Positions 1-9,706 of a stretch of 64,000 bases of DNA are shown here, one piece after another. A model generated the notes under the pieces. That model made no database searches, had not been told where the DNA came from, and worked only from the letters and a program-made list of their open reading frames with translations. Made by a program: the position numbers and the translations under genes. Source of the DNA: Verrucomicrobiia bacterium (GTDB lineage: Bacteria > Verrucomicrobiota > Verrucomicrobiia > Limisphaerales > JADLHS01); the NCBI GenBank assembly GCA_036274115.1, contig DASUGI010000113.1, positions 14,211 to 78,210 on the forward strand. Direction: 5' to 3'. The stretch's first letter is position 1, and each line of letters begins with the position of its first letter.

Positions 1-553
1 GCGTCTCGCCGAGGGGAATGATTTCGCGTCCCGCTTGAGTCGGTGAGCCAAACAACTCGTCACGGACATTCGTACCGATAACACACACGCTGCGCCCCTG
101 CTCTTCGTCGATTTCGTTGAACATGCGCCCGTACGCGATTTCATGTTCGAATAGTTCCAGCACCACCGGCCACGCACCCGAGCAAACCCAGGGACGGAAG
201 GTTTTGCCATTCGCCGCGATGGTGGGGCGCGGCACGCGATATTCCGGGGAAACTTTCGTCACCAATGGGGCGCTGGCCTGGAGCGCGTAAACGTCATTCA
301 TCGTCAACCCGGGCGCCTGGTCTTGAAGGTGGCGTTGCTCGACGGGCACCTCGCCGGGTTCAATGCGGATTTTTTGAAGCCCGCCAATCGCCACCAGCGC
401 CTCCTTTGCTCCCGTTTCCATTCCTTTCACCAGGGCCGACATCGCCACGAGACTGGAAACCCCCAGGATGATGCCGAGCATCGTCAGCAACGAACGGAAC
501 TTGTGCGCCCAAATCTCCTTCAGTCCGACAACGATCGCGTTCCAAAAGTTCAT
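1..553 (-). CDS. MacB/FtsX-type ABC transporter permease, N-terminal part (runs off window)
   Basis: Manual translation from ATG at 553: MNFWNAIVVGLKEIWAHKFRSLLTMLGIILGVSSLVAMSALVKGME, the typical MacB N-terminal TM motif; ATGA overlap with the upstream ATPase stop. Confidence 0.85.
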   Translation of the reverse strand, partial: MNFWNAIVVGLKEIWAHKFRSLLTMLGIILGVSSLVAMSALVKGMETGAKEALVAIGGLQKIRIEPGEVPVEQRHLQDQAPGLTMNDVYALQASAPLVTKVSPEYRVPRPTIAANGKTFRPWVCSGAWPVVLELFEHEIAYGRMFNEIDEEQGRSVCVIGTNVRDELFGSPTQAGREIIPLGET

Positions 554-1281
554 GGCGACACGCTTGCAACTGCCGGCTTGATTCGATTCAGTCCAGCCAG
601 CGTTTCGTCCACCTTGTCGGCAATCTTGCCATCCCGAATCTCAATGCGCCGCGGCGTGATGGCCGCAATTTCGGGATCGTGCGTGACCAGAATAATCGTC
701 CGGCCTTCCGTGCTCAGCTTGCGAAAGAGTTGCAGGATCAATTCGCCCGTATGCGAATCCAGATTACCCGTCGGCTCGTCCGCAAAAATAATCTTCGGAT
801 TGTTCACCAACGCGCGCGCAATGGCCACACGCTGCTGTTGTCCGCCGGAAAGCTGCGAGGGCCGATGCTTGCTGCGATTGGCGAGGCTGACGAGTTCCAA
901 CGCCTGAATCGCGCGCTCGCGCCGCTCGCGCCCGCCGATGCCGCCATAAACCATCGGCAATTCCACATTCTGAAGCACGGTCAGTTTCGGCAGCAAATTG
1001 AAGAACTGAAACACGAACCCGATCTTCTGGTTTCGAATGGCCGCCAACTGACGCGGCGACGCGTCCTGAATCATCGTGCCATCCAGCTTGATCGTGCCCT
1101 TGCTCGGTGTATCAAGGCAACCCACGATCTGCATCAGAGTGGATTTCCCGCTGCCCGACGGCCCAATGATGGAAATGAATTCGCCCGACTCAATGTCCAG
1201 CGATACGTCGTCCAGTGCCCGGATTTCCTCGCCGCCAAGATGGTAAATCTTGCTGACGTTGCGGATTTCGACCAGTGCCAT
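550..1281 (-). CDS. ABC transporter ATP-binding protein (MacB/LolD family)
   Basis: Walker A GPSGSGKST, signature LSGGQQQR, Walker B IIFADEPTGNLD, H-loop VTHD. Confidence 0.95.
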   Translation of the reverse strand: MALVEIRNVSKIYHLGGEEIRALDDVSLDIESGEFISIIGPSGSGKSTLMQIVGCLDTPSKGTIKLDGTMIQDASPRQLAAIRNQKIGFVFQFFNLLPKLTVLQNVELPMVYGGIGGRERRERAIQALELVSLANRSKHRPSQLSGGQQQRVAIARALVNNPKIIFADEPTGNLDSHTGELILQLFRKLSTEGRTIILVTHDPEIAAITPRRIEIRDGKIADKVDETLAGLNRIKPAVASVSP

Positions 1282-1305
1282 GACGCAGAGTTGAAGGATG
1301 ACCGG

Positions 1306-2481
1306 CTACGACGCAGCGGATGAAGCCTGGCGCTTGGTATCTTGCTTTTCGGAAGGCTTGTCCGTCGCCTCGACTTCCGGGACATCAATCTTGTCCTTGG
1401 GCGGCTGCTCCAGCGAAACCGTTTCTCCGGATGACAGGCCTTTCGTCACTTCCGCGTAGAAGTAATCCGAAACACCGATTTGCACGGGCCGTCGCTCGAA
1501 GCGTTTGTTCTTCGAAACATAAACGAACCGCTCCGTCTCCTGCGTGCCGGGATTGCGCTCCGTGAACACCGCCGCCAATGGCACAGCCACGACGTCCTCC
1601 GCTGCGGCCACGGGAATCTGGATGTTTGCCGTCATACCGGGACGAACGCGTGGGTCCACATTCTGCAGCAGGATGCGCACGGCAAAGCCTTTGATATTGT
1701 TCTTGATGGTGGCTTGCGGTGCGATGCGCTCCACCTTGCCAATCATTCTCAATCCAGCCACCGCCTCCACATGCACGTTCACTTCCTGCTTCGGGCTCAA
1801 ACGCGCCACGTCGGCCTGGTTGATATGCGCGTTGATAATCATGTCCGTCAGGTTCGCAATCGTGAGCACTTCCGTGCCGCTGTTGAAACCGCCAGAACCC
1901 GACACGGCTTGACCCACCGACACCGGCCGAGTCAACACCGTGCAATCAAAGGGCGCGAGGATGCGGGTCTTCCGCAATCGGTCGTCCACCAGTTCCATCG
2001 TCTTCTCCGCACGGCCCAGCGTGTTCTTGGCAAGTTCGTATTGGGTCTTCGTGTCCTCGAACAACTCCTTGGAGATAAGATTCTCCTCAAAGAGCGCCTT
2101 GCTGCGCATGTAGTTTCGCTCCGCCTGTTCGATTTCCAGCTTCGCGCGTTCAATCTCCTTCTGCTGCGATTCCTTCTCAATCTGAAGGTCGCGATCATCC
2201 AATTGGAACAACACCTCCCCTTTCCGCACGCTGTCACCGATGTCCACGGGCAATTGAAGGATTCGCCCATTGACTTCCGGCCTCACCGAAACCTGGTCCG
2301 CCGGGCCAATCTCGCCAGCGGCATTGATGGAAAAGTTAATGTCCCGCGATTCCGCCATCGCGCTCGTGGGTCGGCTCGACTTGGCGGAAGCGGTCTTGTC
2401 GCCGCTCTTTTTCTCACGCAACCACCAGCCGCCGCCCGCGATACAGGCGACGACGACAATAACAGTAAACCAGGTTTTCAC
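1306..2481 (-). CDS. Periplasmic adaptor subunit (MacA/HlyD family)
   Basis: N-terminal TM; lipoyl half VRPEVNGRI..VRKGEVLFQLD; coiled coil; ILAPFDCTV; RPGMTA; GLSSGETV. Confidence 0.92.
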   Translation of the reverse strand: MKTWFTVIVVVACIAGGGWWLREKKSGDKTASAKSSRPTSAMAESRDINFSINAAGEIGPADQVSVRPEVNGRILQLPVDIGDSVRKGEVLFQLDDRDLQIEKESQQKEIERAKLEIEQAERNYMRSKALFEENLISKELFEDTKTQYELAKNTLGRAEKTMELVDDRLRKTRILAPFDCTVLTRPVSVGQAVSGSGGFNSGTEVLTIANLTDMIINAHINQADVARLSPKQEVNVHVEAVAGLRMIGKVERIAPQATIKNNIKGFAVRILLQNVDPRVRPGMTANIQIPVAAAEDVVAVPLAAVFTERNPGTQETERFVYVSKNKRFERRPVQIGVSDYFYAEVTKGLSSGETVSLEQPPKDKIDVPEVEATDKPSEKQDTKRQASSAAS

Positions 2482-2659
2482 TATAATCGGCTAAGAATAG
2501 AACCTCACCCGCTGCGCGCAAACAGGAAAATACCGCAGCTTCCGAACCAGCACTCGCGAAGACGACGAACGAACCAGCGAATTTATTCAATCCGCAAGCG
2601 AAGACCTGCTACTTCGGCAAAACAAAATTCCTACTGTCGACTGACCTGCTATGCCGGTC

Positions 2660-3898
2660 TTAACTGCCTTTGACGTCGTAGCAGTAAATTAAATCCTGAT
2701 CCCGCAGGTAAAGTTTGCCATCGCAGATGACCGGATGCGTCCAGATGCGCCCCTGAGGACTGCGAATCTTAGACTGCGGGTCCAGTTTGAAACGCCCTTT
2801 TTCAGTCCAACCTTTGGGCGATGCCTCCACTAGAGCCAGCGTGCCGCTGCCTTCTTCGAGGCAATACAACATTCCATCCGCATAACCCACCGCGCCCTTC
2901 TTGAAGTCACGATGCGCCCAGACTTCCGCACCCGTTTTGAAGTCCTGACAAACCCAGGCGTAACCGTCCGAGTGACCATAAACATGATCGCCCACCAGGA
3001 TCACTCCGCCGTGGTGGTTTTTCATGACGGCATTTTCGTAAACAGTGGTCACTACGTTCTGGGGACTAATCGCCACCATCTTGCAACCGGCACCGTAGCC
3101 GGCTGTGACATACACGTTGTTGCCTTTGATGATGGGCGTGGGAATGACCGCAACCCGGCCCTTGGGAAAAGCAGCCTTCCACAGCACCTTGCCGTCCTTG
3201 GGTGAAATGCCGACGAAATTCTTTTCAACGAGTTGGACATACTGCGGTGCGCCATTGATCTGCGCCGCCATGATCGAAGAATAGTGCGCACCGTCAGTAA
3301 ACTCCGTGCTCTGCCAATTCTGTTTGCCAGTGACTTTATCAAAGGCCGCAATCGTGCCTTTCGACCCTCCCGGCGTGCACACGACCTGATTGCCATCCAC
3401 CAACACGGATTCGCAGTATCCCCAACCCGGAACTTTCCCGCCGAGATCCGTCATGTTGGTTTGCCACAAAACCTTTCCGTCCGTGGCGCTGAAGCAAACC
3501 AGATCGCCCCGTCCGCTCAATGCATAAATGCGGTCACCATCCACAGTCGGAGTGCCGCGTGGACCGTCACCCCAGCCGTTCTGAAGAATGCTGCCCAGTT
3601 TGGCCGTCCAGAGTTCCTTTCCGGTATTCGCATCCAGCACGAGCAGAACCTCACTGCCATCGCGCGTGCCGAGCGTGTAAAGTTTGCCCTTCACAATGGC
3701 CGGACCGGAATACGCCGATCCGGCATTCTCAAACAGCCAGACCCGCTTGGGCCCACCCTCGGGCCAGGACTTCAGCAATCCAGTTTCTTTGGAAACATCC
3801 GTTCGATCCGGTCCCCGCCATTGCGGCCAATCGGCAGCCGATAGCGTCAAGGTGGATACAACCGTCAGCGCAGCAAGTATGAGTTGGTGGTGTTTCAT
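2660..3898 (-). CDS. PQQ-binding-like beta-propeller protein (PVC-expanded family)
   Basis: Signal peptide then DWPQWRGPDR; repeated (D)xxTGKxxW blades; C-terminal WTHPVICDGKLYLRD. Confidence 0.88.
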   Translation of the reverse strand: MKHHQLILAALTVVSTLTLSAADWPQWRGPDRTDVSKETGLLKSWPEGGPKRVWLFENAGSAYSGPAIVKGKLYTLGTRDGSEVLLVLDANTGKELWTAKLGSILQNGWGDGPRGTPTVDGDRIYALSGRGDLVCFSATDGKVLWQTNMTDLGGKVPGWGYCESVLVDGNQVVCTPGGSKGTIAAFDKVTGKQNWQSTEFTDGAHYSSIMAAQINGAPQYVQLVEKNFVGISPKDGKVLWKAAFPKGRVAVIPTPIIKGNNVYVTAGYGAGCKMVAISPQNVVTTVYENAVMKNHHGGVILVGDHVYGHSDGYAWVCQDFKTGAEVWAHRDFKKGAVGYADGMLYCLEEGSGTLALVEASPKGWTEKGRFKLDPQSKIRSPQGRIWTHPVICDGKLYLRDQDLIYCYDVKGS

Positions 3899-4016
3899 CG
3901 TCGCAGTTCTTTGGTTTTCAGGTTTGGGCCGCGTTTTTGGACGCCAGTCCGTAGCTTGATATTGAATGAGTTTTGCGGAAAGGCAAAACCAGTCGGCCGG
4001 CGAAAAGCTGAGGAAA

Positions 4017-4751
4017 TCACTTTAGCGCGGTCCACTGGATGCCTTGGGCCAGCAACTTTCGGTAATTCTCGTTGCCGAATGCTTCCTTGCCGTGTCCCGG
4101 TTGCAGATAGACGACACGCGACTTGCCTTGAGTGCGCGCCCAGCCCAGCGGCTTCCCGCTCTTCGGATGCGTGGTCGTGATGAGTGGCGTTACGTCGTTG
4201 CTCACCCGGAAGCCCCAGTAAATCTCATCGTGAATGTCGAAGTCCTTCAGTCCCGCAGTTACCGGGTGATTCGTTGCTGCGATCACAACGCGGAAATCCA
4301 CATCATGTTCCCAACCGGCCGCCTCCGTAACCGTGCCTGGCTTCTTCGGATCTGGTTCCTGATAACGCCCACCGATGATCTGCTCGTATTCGGACCAATC
4401 CTGATACGACACCAGCGCGTGGTGCAGCACCACCAGGCCGACTCCCTTCTCGAACAGCGCCTTGAACCTGGCCTTTTGCGCGTCGCTGATCTTCTGCGGC
4501 ATGTCGTAGAGGACCACCACTTGATAGTTCAACAGATCGCTGCGGTCATAGACACTCGCATTCGTCTTGGAATGTTCCGCCACCGTAAATTCAATTTGCG
4601 CGTTCTCCGAAAACATCTGGAAGAACGGCTCACGCTCGAAGCCATGCCCGCCCGTCACGACGAGCACTTTGATCTTCTCGTCAGCCGCCCTTGCGTGATT
4701 CGTTGCAAGCAAGGCCACCGCGAACCCAACAAGCAGGAAAATCCACTTCAT
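4017..4751 (-). CDS. ThuA (trehalose utilisation)-like domain secreted protein
   Basis: Signal peptide; VLVVTGGHGF, GVGLVVLHHA, HPVTAGL, DEIY, GKSRVVYLQPGH; ATG at 4751 preferred over 4769. Confidence 0.85.
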   Translation of the reverse strand: MKWIFLLVGFAVALLATNHARAADEKIKVLVVTGGHGFEREPFFQMFSENAQIEFTVAEHSKTNASVYDRSDLLNYQVVVLYDMPQKISDAQKARFKALFEKGVGLVVLHHALVSYQDWSEYEQIIGGRYQEPDPKKPGTVTEAAGWEHDVDFRVVIAATNHPVTAGLKDFDIHDEIYWGFRVSNDVTPLITTTHPKSGKPLGWARTQGKSRVVYLQPGHGKEAFGNENYRKLLAQGIQWTALK

Positions 4752-4769
4752 ATCAAAAACCCCTTTCAT

Positions 4770-7235
4770 TTAATGCGCAGTTAAAAGGAACCTCATCAAA
4801 TCCCGCTGTTGCTGCTCGGTCAACCCCTTCAACAGACCTTCCGGCATCAACGAAATCGCCGACGCTTTCATGCTCGCCACTTTCGACTTGGGAATCTTCC
4901 GGCTCTTGCCGGTCGCCTGCCCGAGTTCAATTTCATCATCTGCATTCTTCAACAAAACGCCAGTCTCCACCTCCCCATCCGTCAATTGAACGTGGTACGC
5001 GATGTGATCGGGATTGATCGCCGCGCTGGGTTCGTTGATGTCCTTGAACACCGACGCGTAATCGCGATAGATCAAGTTGGAGAGGTCTGCGCCAATCGTC
5101 CCACCTTCACCACGAATCTGATGGCACTTGAAACAGCTGGCTTGTTCGCTGAAAAAGATCTCCTTGCCGCGCTGCCAACTCGCGCTCTCCAGTTCGGGAG
5201 CGCGATTCACCACCGCCGTCGCGAGATATGGCCTGGCCCATGGCAGCAAAACGCGGCGTAACGGCAGCGGTCGCGGACGCGGGTCTGCCGCCGTAAACCA
5301 ACTCACATCCAACCGCGGTGGAGCGCCGCCCGTCGCCAGCACAACCTCCAAGGGCAACCAACGATTCTCTTTGGGCTGTGTCGTAATCCGCGCCTCGCTA
5401 CTGCCGGTGCTGATGATATTGGTCCCGACCTTCAAATCCAGCGCCGCGTTTGCCTTAAGCACGAGGGTGACAGTCTCGGGTGGATACTCGTAATCGAGCT
5501 TCGATTCCGGTTGAACGGCGGGATGCAACATCGAGAACAAATCCAGTTGCGCGCGCAGCGTCAACTTGCCGTTCCGTTCAATGCACTTGAAGAACTGTTC
5601 ATGACCGCGGCTGCCTCTGGTCAACCCGCGTGTTGCGACTAAATCCAGGTGCGGCAACCAACCGCTCCACCTCCCATCACCTCGCGTTGGCCGCCAAATC
5701 GCTTCCACGCCGGTCAGGTCAGTCTGCAAATCGATGTCAGAATTGCCACCTGCGATCGCGCCAGGCAACGTCCAGGCGTAGTTCACGCCCTCCGTACGCG
5801 GACTTGTCTCGATCAGAAACGAGGCATTGCCGTCAACACGAACTGACTCGACGGCTAATTCAAATCGCGGCATGGTTCGCTGATTCTTGACGACCTGGTA
5901 GCCCGGACGGAAGGACTCAAAACGCTCACCCGCCGTGGCATATTTACCCATCGTGACCGAGTACTGTTCGGGAATCTCCAACACTTTCTTCAATCCAAGC
6001 GGGCGATCAAATACGATCTTTGTTTCAGTGGGACTCGTCGCATACGTGAGCACCGGCTGCGGCGCAGCCTTGTCGGTGTAGGAAATCTTGAACAACTTCC
6101 CCTTCCCTTGCGGTCCTGTGCCCCAATCCGGCTGGCCCGTGTGGCAGGCCACCAGCAAATCACCGTCCGGCGTCGGCACCGCGTCAATCGTCAGATACGC
6201 CGCGCACGCGATCAGATGATTCTGCGCCACGTAGCCCGCCGCTGTCTTGACCAATGTCGTGCGCCAGATTTTGCCGCGCGATTCTCCCGCCACAATGGCA
6301 TCGCCATGCCACCAATCCGGACCAAATACCTTTTTGCCCTCATTGAAATGCAATCCGCACGTGGACTGGTGCTGCGGTCCGTAATCAAACGTACTCGGTT
6401 CATCAATTACGTCGGGAAGATACTTCGGGTGACGCGGCGGAAAACCATAGTGTCTCCCCGGCTGAATGTGCAGCAGTTCGTCAAAGGGATTTCCATTCGG
6501 AAGCCACGTCGCTCCCTCCTGGTCCGTCGCAAACAAATCCCCAGCAGCGTTAAAGGCCATTCCCACGGGAAACCGCATGCCCGTGCAGATGATTTCGCGC
6601 CTTTTCCAATCGGGTGAAATCTTGATCACCGTGCCACGCTCACTGTGAATGTTGTAATCCGATTTGCCCGTGACCTTGTTAACGCGATATGCCTCATTCC
6701 ACGCATCAACTCCCAAACCGAAGAAGATGTAGCCGCCTTTATCCACGGCCACACCAATCGCGTCGAGATTCGAGCCCGCCGCCGAACTCGGTGGTTGCCA
6801 GCCACCCGTCACCGTTCGTAGTTCCGCCGTGCCGTCGCCCTTGTCGCGCAGATGAATAACGCGTCCTTGCCCCGGGATGTAAAGCCCATTCGCCCCCCAA
6901 CACATGCCGATGCTGGGCAGAATCTCGTTCTTGTCATTCTTGTAGAAATGAGTAGCCGTATCCTCCAATCCATCGCCATTCGTATCCTTGAGTTGAAGCA
7001 CATTCCCGTCGTAGCAAAGGGCGAAGAGCCGGCCATCCGGCGCGAACACGAGATTGTTGATGTTATTGACCTCCAGCGGCAATTCACGAACGGTGAATCC
7101 GGGTACGAGCATCTGGATCGGAGGCGGATTGGAGACAATCACCAATTGTTTTTCGATGCGCCCCACTGCGGCATTCGCGCTAACGGCAATACCGCCAAGC
7201 AAGCCGGAAACAATCAGCAACGCGCGCAGGTTCAT
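4770..7235 (-). CDS. PVC-type membrane-bound dehydrogenase-like protein with C-terminal cytochrome c domain
   Basis: N-terminal beta-propeller (PGFTVREL, GMRFPVGMAF, GRHYGFP); CFKCH heme motif; PSAAINPDH and SLMPEGL. Confidence 0.85.
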   Translation of the reverse strand: MNLRALLIVSGLLGGIAVSANAAVGRIEKQLVIVSNPPPIQMLVPGFTVRELPLEVNNINNLVFAPDGRLFALCYDGNVLQLKDTNGDGLEDTATHFYKNDKNEILPSIGMCWGANGLYIPGQGRVIHLRDKGDGTAELRTVTGGWQPPSSAAGSNLDAIGVAVDKGGYIFFGLGVDAWNEAYRVNKVTGKSDYNIHSERGTVIKISPDWKRREIICTGMRFPVGMAFNAAGDLFATDQEGATWLPNGNPFDELLHIQPGRHYGFPPRHPKYLPDVIDEPSTFDYGPQHQSTCGLHFNEGKKVFGPDWWHGDAIVAGESRGKIWRTTLVKTAAGYVAQNHLIACAAYLTIDAVPTPDGDLLVACHTGQPDWGTGPQGKGKLFKISYTDKAAPQPVLTYATSPTETKIVFDRPLGLKKVLEIPEQYSVTMGKYATAGERFESFRPGYQVVKNQRTMPRFELAVESVRVDGNASFLIETSPRTEGVNYAWTLPGAIAGGNSDIDLQTDLTGVEAIWRPTRGDGRWSGWLPHLDLVATRGLTRGSRGHEQFFKCIERNGKLTLRAQLDLFSMLHPAVQPESKLDYEYPPETVTLVLKANAALDLKVGTNIISTGSSEARITTQPKENRWLPLEVVLATGGAPPRLDVSWFTAADPRPRPLPLRRVLLPWARPYLATAVVNRAPELESASWQRGKEIFFSEQASCFKCHQIRGEGGTIGADLSNLIYRDYASVFKDINEPSAAINPDHIAYHVQLTDGEVETGVLLKNADDEIELGQATGKSRKIPKSKVASMKASAISLMPEGLLKGLTEQQQRDLMRFLLTAH

Positions 7236-7311
7236 GCCCGATAATCTCAGGTCCCGTTCCTCGAATCAACACTCTGCCCGAGCGCACGGGAGCGAGTGAA
7301 GCGTCAACATC

Positions 7312-7442
7312 GTAGCGCAGATTTGTAATCTGCTGTATCGCCGAATTACATTCGGCTAACCGCCATTTGCGACGACCCAAAGAGATTTCGAAGCCATGCG
7401 GATTCCAAATCCGCGATACAGCAGAATGCAATTCTGCGCTAC
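7312..7442. repeat. REP/REPIN-like palindromic element, family A (copy 1)
   Basis: GTAGCGCAG...CTGCGCTAC termini, four 17-nt hairpins (gcagatttgtaatctgc, gccgaattacattcggc, gcggattccaaatccgc, gcagaatgcaattctgc); homologous copy at 53626-53758. Confidence 0.85.
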
Positions 7443-7453
7443 AACCGCCGCAT

Positions 7454-8179
7454 CTACCTGGAAGCTTTCTTGAACTCCAATGGCAACGAAGCTCCGCCCT
7501 GCTGCCATTCACCCTTGAGAGCCGCACCATTGGTGCTCAACGTTCCCTCGTAAACGCCGCCAAACCCTCGCGTCTCGAAACGCACTTTGTCCTTCTTGAG
7601 TGTGATCGCGCTGATGGGAATTCCATTCGCACCCTGATCCAGACTATCCATCGTGCCGGTCGCGCCACCTGACGCGGTCTTCGTGAGGTTCACCCGCAAA
7701 CGCAGTTCACCCGCGCCAGTGGACAATGTCCCGTTCCACGTGCCTGCCAGTTTCTCCGCCGCCTGCTTGTTTGCCGCCAATTCCTCGGGCGACAGTTTTT
7801 CCTCCGACAACTTCGTCCCGCCCTTTTCCAGACTCAAAGGCAACACCACTGGCCCTTGCGACCACAGACCAGTCGCCTTTGTTCCCGTTGCATCCAGTGT
7901 TCCCACATAAAGTCCCTGCACCGACTTCACTTCCATCCGCAGCGTCTTGTTGCTCACCGTGGCTGGGTCCGCCGGGATATCACGCGCGCCCTGGTCAATG
8001 CTGTCCATCTTCGCGGACAGTCCACCACCAGCCCGCTTTGTGATTTTGAAAACCAAACGCAGCTTGGCCGCGCCAGTGTCGAGCGTTCCCTGCCAATTAC
8101 CCGTGACATCGTTGGTCGTCGCCGTCAGAAATTGAACCGACAGCAACATTCCCAGTGCGATAAACAATTTTATTTTCAT
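7454..8179 (-). CDS. Secreted protein made of two tandem ~105-aa beta-rich domains
   Basis: Signal peptide; duplicated GxWxGTL..LRL..MDSxDQGA..YxGTL..GxWxQG..LPL pattern. Confidence 0.8.
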   Translation of the reverse strand: MKIKLFIALGMLLSVQFLTATTNDVTGNWQGTLDTGAAKLRLVFKITKRAGGGLSAKMDSIDQGARDIPADPATVSNKTLRMEVKSVQGLYVGTLDATGTKATGLWSQGPVVLPLSLEKGGTKLSEEKLSPEELAANKQAAEKLAGTWNGTLSTGAGELRLRVNLTKTASGGATGTMDSLDQGANGIPISAITLKKDKVRFETRGFGGVYEGTLSTNGAALKGEWQQGGASLPLEFKKASR

Positions 8180-8194
8180 TCAAATGCCATCGTT

Positions 8195-9706
8195 TTAGCG
8201 CCTCACCCACCGGATCATTTCCAGCAGCTTCGGCGGTTGGCCGGTTCGCAGAATGCCGATGCGGAACACCTTGCCCGCCATCCACAACGCACCGGCCGTG
8301 GACGCCAGCAACAGCAGTGTCGTTCCAATCAAGTCGATCAACGGCGGGTCAGCCATGGTGCGATTCATCATGATGAATGGAGTGTAAAGCGGAATCCACG
8401 ACAGCACGCGCGCGAGCACACCGTTCGGGTCTTTGGGGATAAACGTCAGGGTCAGCAGCGGCACCATCATGATCATCGTAATCACGCCCATGTAGCTTTG
8501 CGCCTCCTTGAGCGTGTTGCAAACGCTCCCCAGCGCCAGGATGCACGCGGCATACATCATGTAACCGAGCACGAAGTAAACGCCGAACATCGGAATCAGG
8601 CTCGACGAATGCAGCACGGACAACATCTGATTCGTTATCATCGCCGCTCCGCCCGTTCCGCTGGTCTTCCACAACAGAATTCCCACCAACGCCAGCATCC
8701 ACGAACCGACCATCGTCAATCCCACCGCCGCAATGCCGAACAGTTTTCCCATCATCAACTCACCCGGCGTCACCGACGACAACAAGACTTCGATGATGCG
8801 ATTCGATTTCTCCTCGATGATGTTGCTCAGCAGCATCTGGACGATCGCGAAGATGGCCACCCACAGCAGGTAAACAAACGCGCTCGGCGCCCATTGCTTG
8901 ATAATGTCCGTGGCGCTGACCGCTTCCTTGCCGCTTTCCTTCTTTGGATTCAGACTGGCAAACGGCGCGTAGGTTTGCTCCACCTCGCGAATCACCGCGG
9001 CGTCCAATCCGCGCGCCAGATATTCCCGGCGACGAATCTCCGTGTTCACTGTCTCCTCGACTTCCTCGCGCAGCTTGGTGTCCGCGAGATTTCCGGCCCA
9101 ATACTCAATCCCCTGCCCGGTCGCGGACTTGTCTTTGGGCCGCCTGATTTGCTGGTCGATGTCTCGCGGAATCAGAATTGCCGCCGCCAGACCGACCTTC
9201 TGTCCATCTGCTTCGGCCTGTCGTTCTCCACGCAGATAAGGCTTCAATTCCTGCGCGAGCGTGGCAATCTCCGCGTCCGCGTTCAATCCGTCTGGCAACG
9301 GCGCCATCTGAAAGGCGCGGCGCGGTGGCTTGAAAGGTGGCGCTCCGGGTTTCAAGCGCGATTGCAGTTGCGCCAGGTAATTCGATTGCCCGCCCGAGCT
9401 GATGAACTCGTCGAGTGAACCTGGCGCGTTGCCGGGATCCGCATACTTGCGCCCATACTCTTTCAAGGCAGCGAAAACCTGGCCCTGATAGGAACGCTCA
9501 AGCTTCGCCTCGATAATCGGCGCAAGCGTTTTGGATTGATCCACGAGAACGAAGTGACGCGTCGGCGTGCCTTTCTTCTCCAACCAGATCGGCACTTGCA
9601 CGCTGAAGAAAATGATGAGCGGCACCAAAAGGATGCCGAGCCAAAAGCCCTTGGTCTTGGCATTCTCGGCGTATTCGCGAAACGCAACCAGGAAGGCGAA
9701 TTTCAT
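8195..9706 (-). CDS. ABC-2 type permease (NatB/YhaP-like)
   Basis: N-terminal TM, large periplasmic loop, IIEEKSNRIIEVLLSSV..LMMGK motif, several C-terminal TMs. Confidence 0.9.
   Translation of the reverse strand: MKFAFLVAFREYAENAKTKGFWLGILLVPLIIFFSVQVPIWLEKKGTPTRHFVLVDQSKTLAPIIEAKLERSYQGQVFAALKEYGRKYADPGNAPGSLDEFISSGGQSNYLAQLQSRLKPGAPPFKPPRRAFQMAPLPDGLNADAEIATLAQELKPYLRGERQAEADGQKVGLAAAILIPRDIDQQIRRPKDKSATGQGIEYWAGNLADTKLREEVEETVNTEIRRREYLARGLDAAVIREVEQTYAPFASLNPKKESGKEAVSATDIIKQWAPSAFVYLLWVAIFAIVQMLLSNIIEEKSNRIIEVLLSSVTPGELMMGKLFGIAAVGLTMVGSWMLALVGILLWKTSGTGGAAMITNQMLSVLHSSSLIPMFGVYFVLGYMMYAACILALGSVCNTLKEAQSYMGVITMIMMVPLLTLTFIPKDPNGVLARVLSWIPLYTPFIMMNRTMADPPLIDLIGTTLLLLASTAGALWMAGKVFRIGILRTGQPPKLLEMIRWVRR

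Noticed and set aside
7312..7360. tRNA-like look (GTAGCGCAG start, gcagatttgtaatctgc anticodon-like hairpin)
   Set aside because: No T-arm GTTCRA or acceptor stem; the second copy at 53626 has different loops; better explained as a REP-like element
7856..9418. 520-aa plus-strand ORF (likewise 1480-2673, 24395-25543, 45965-46966, 51312-52595)
   Set aside because: Antisense shadows of well-supported genes in GC-rich DNA, with no recognisable motifs
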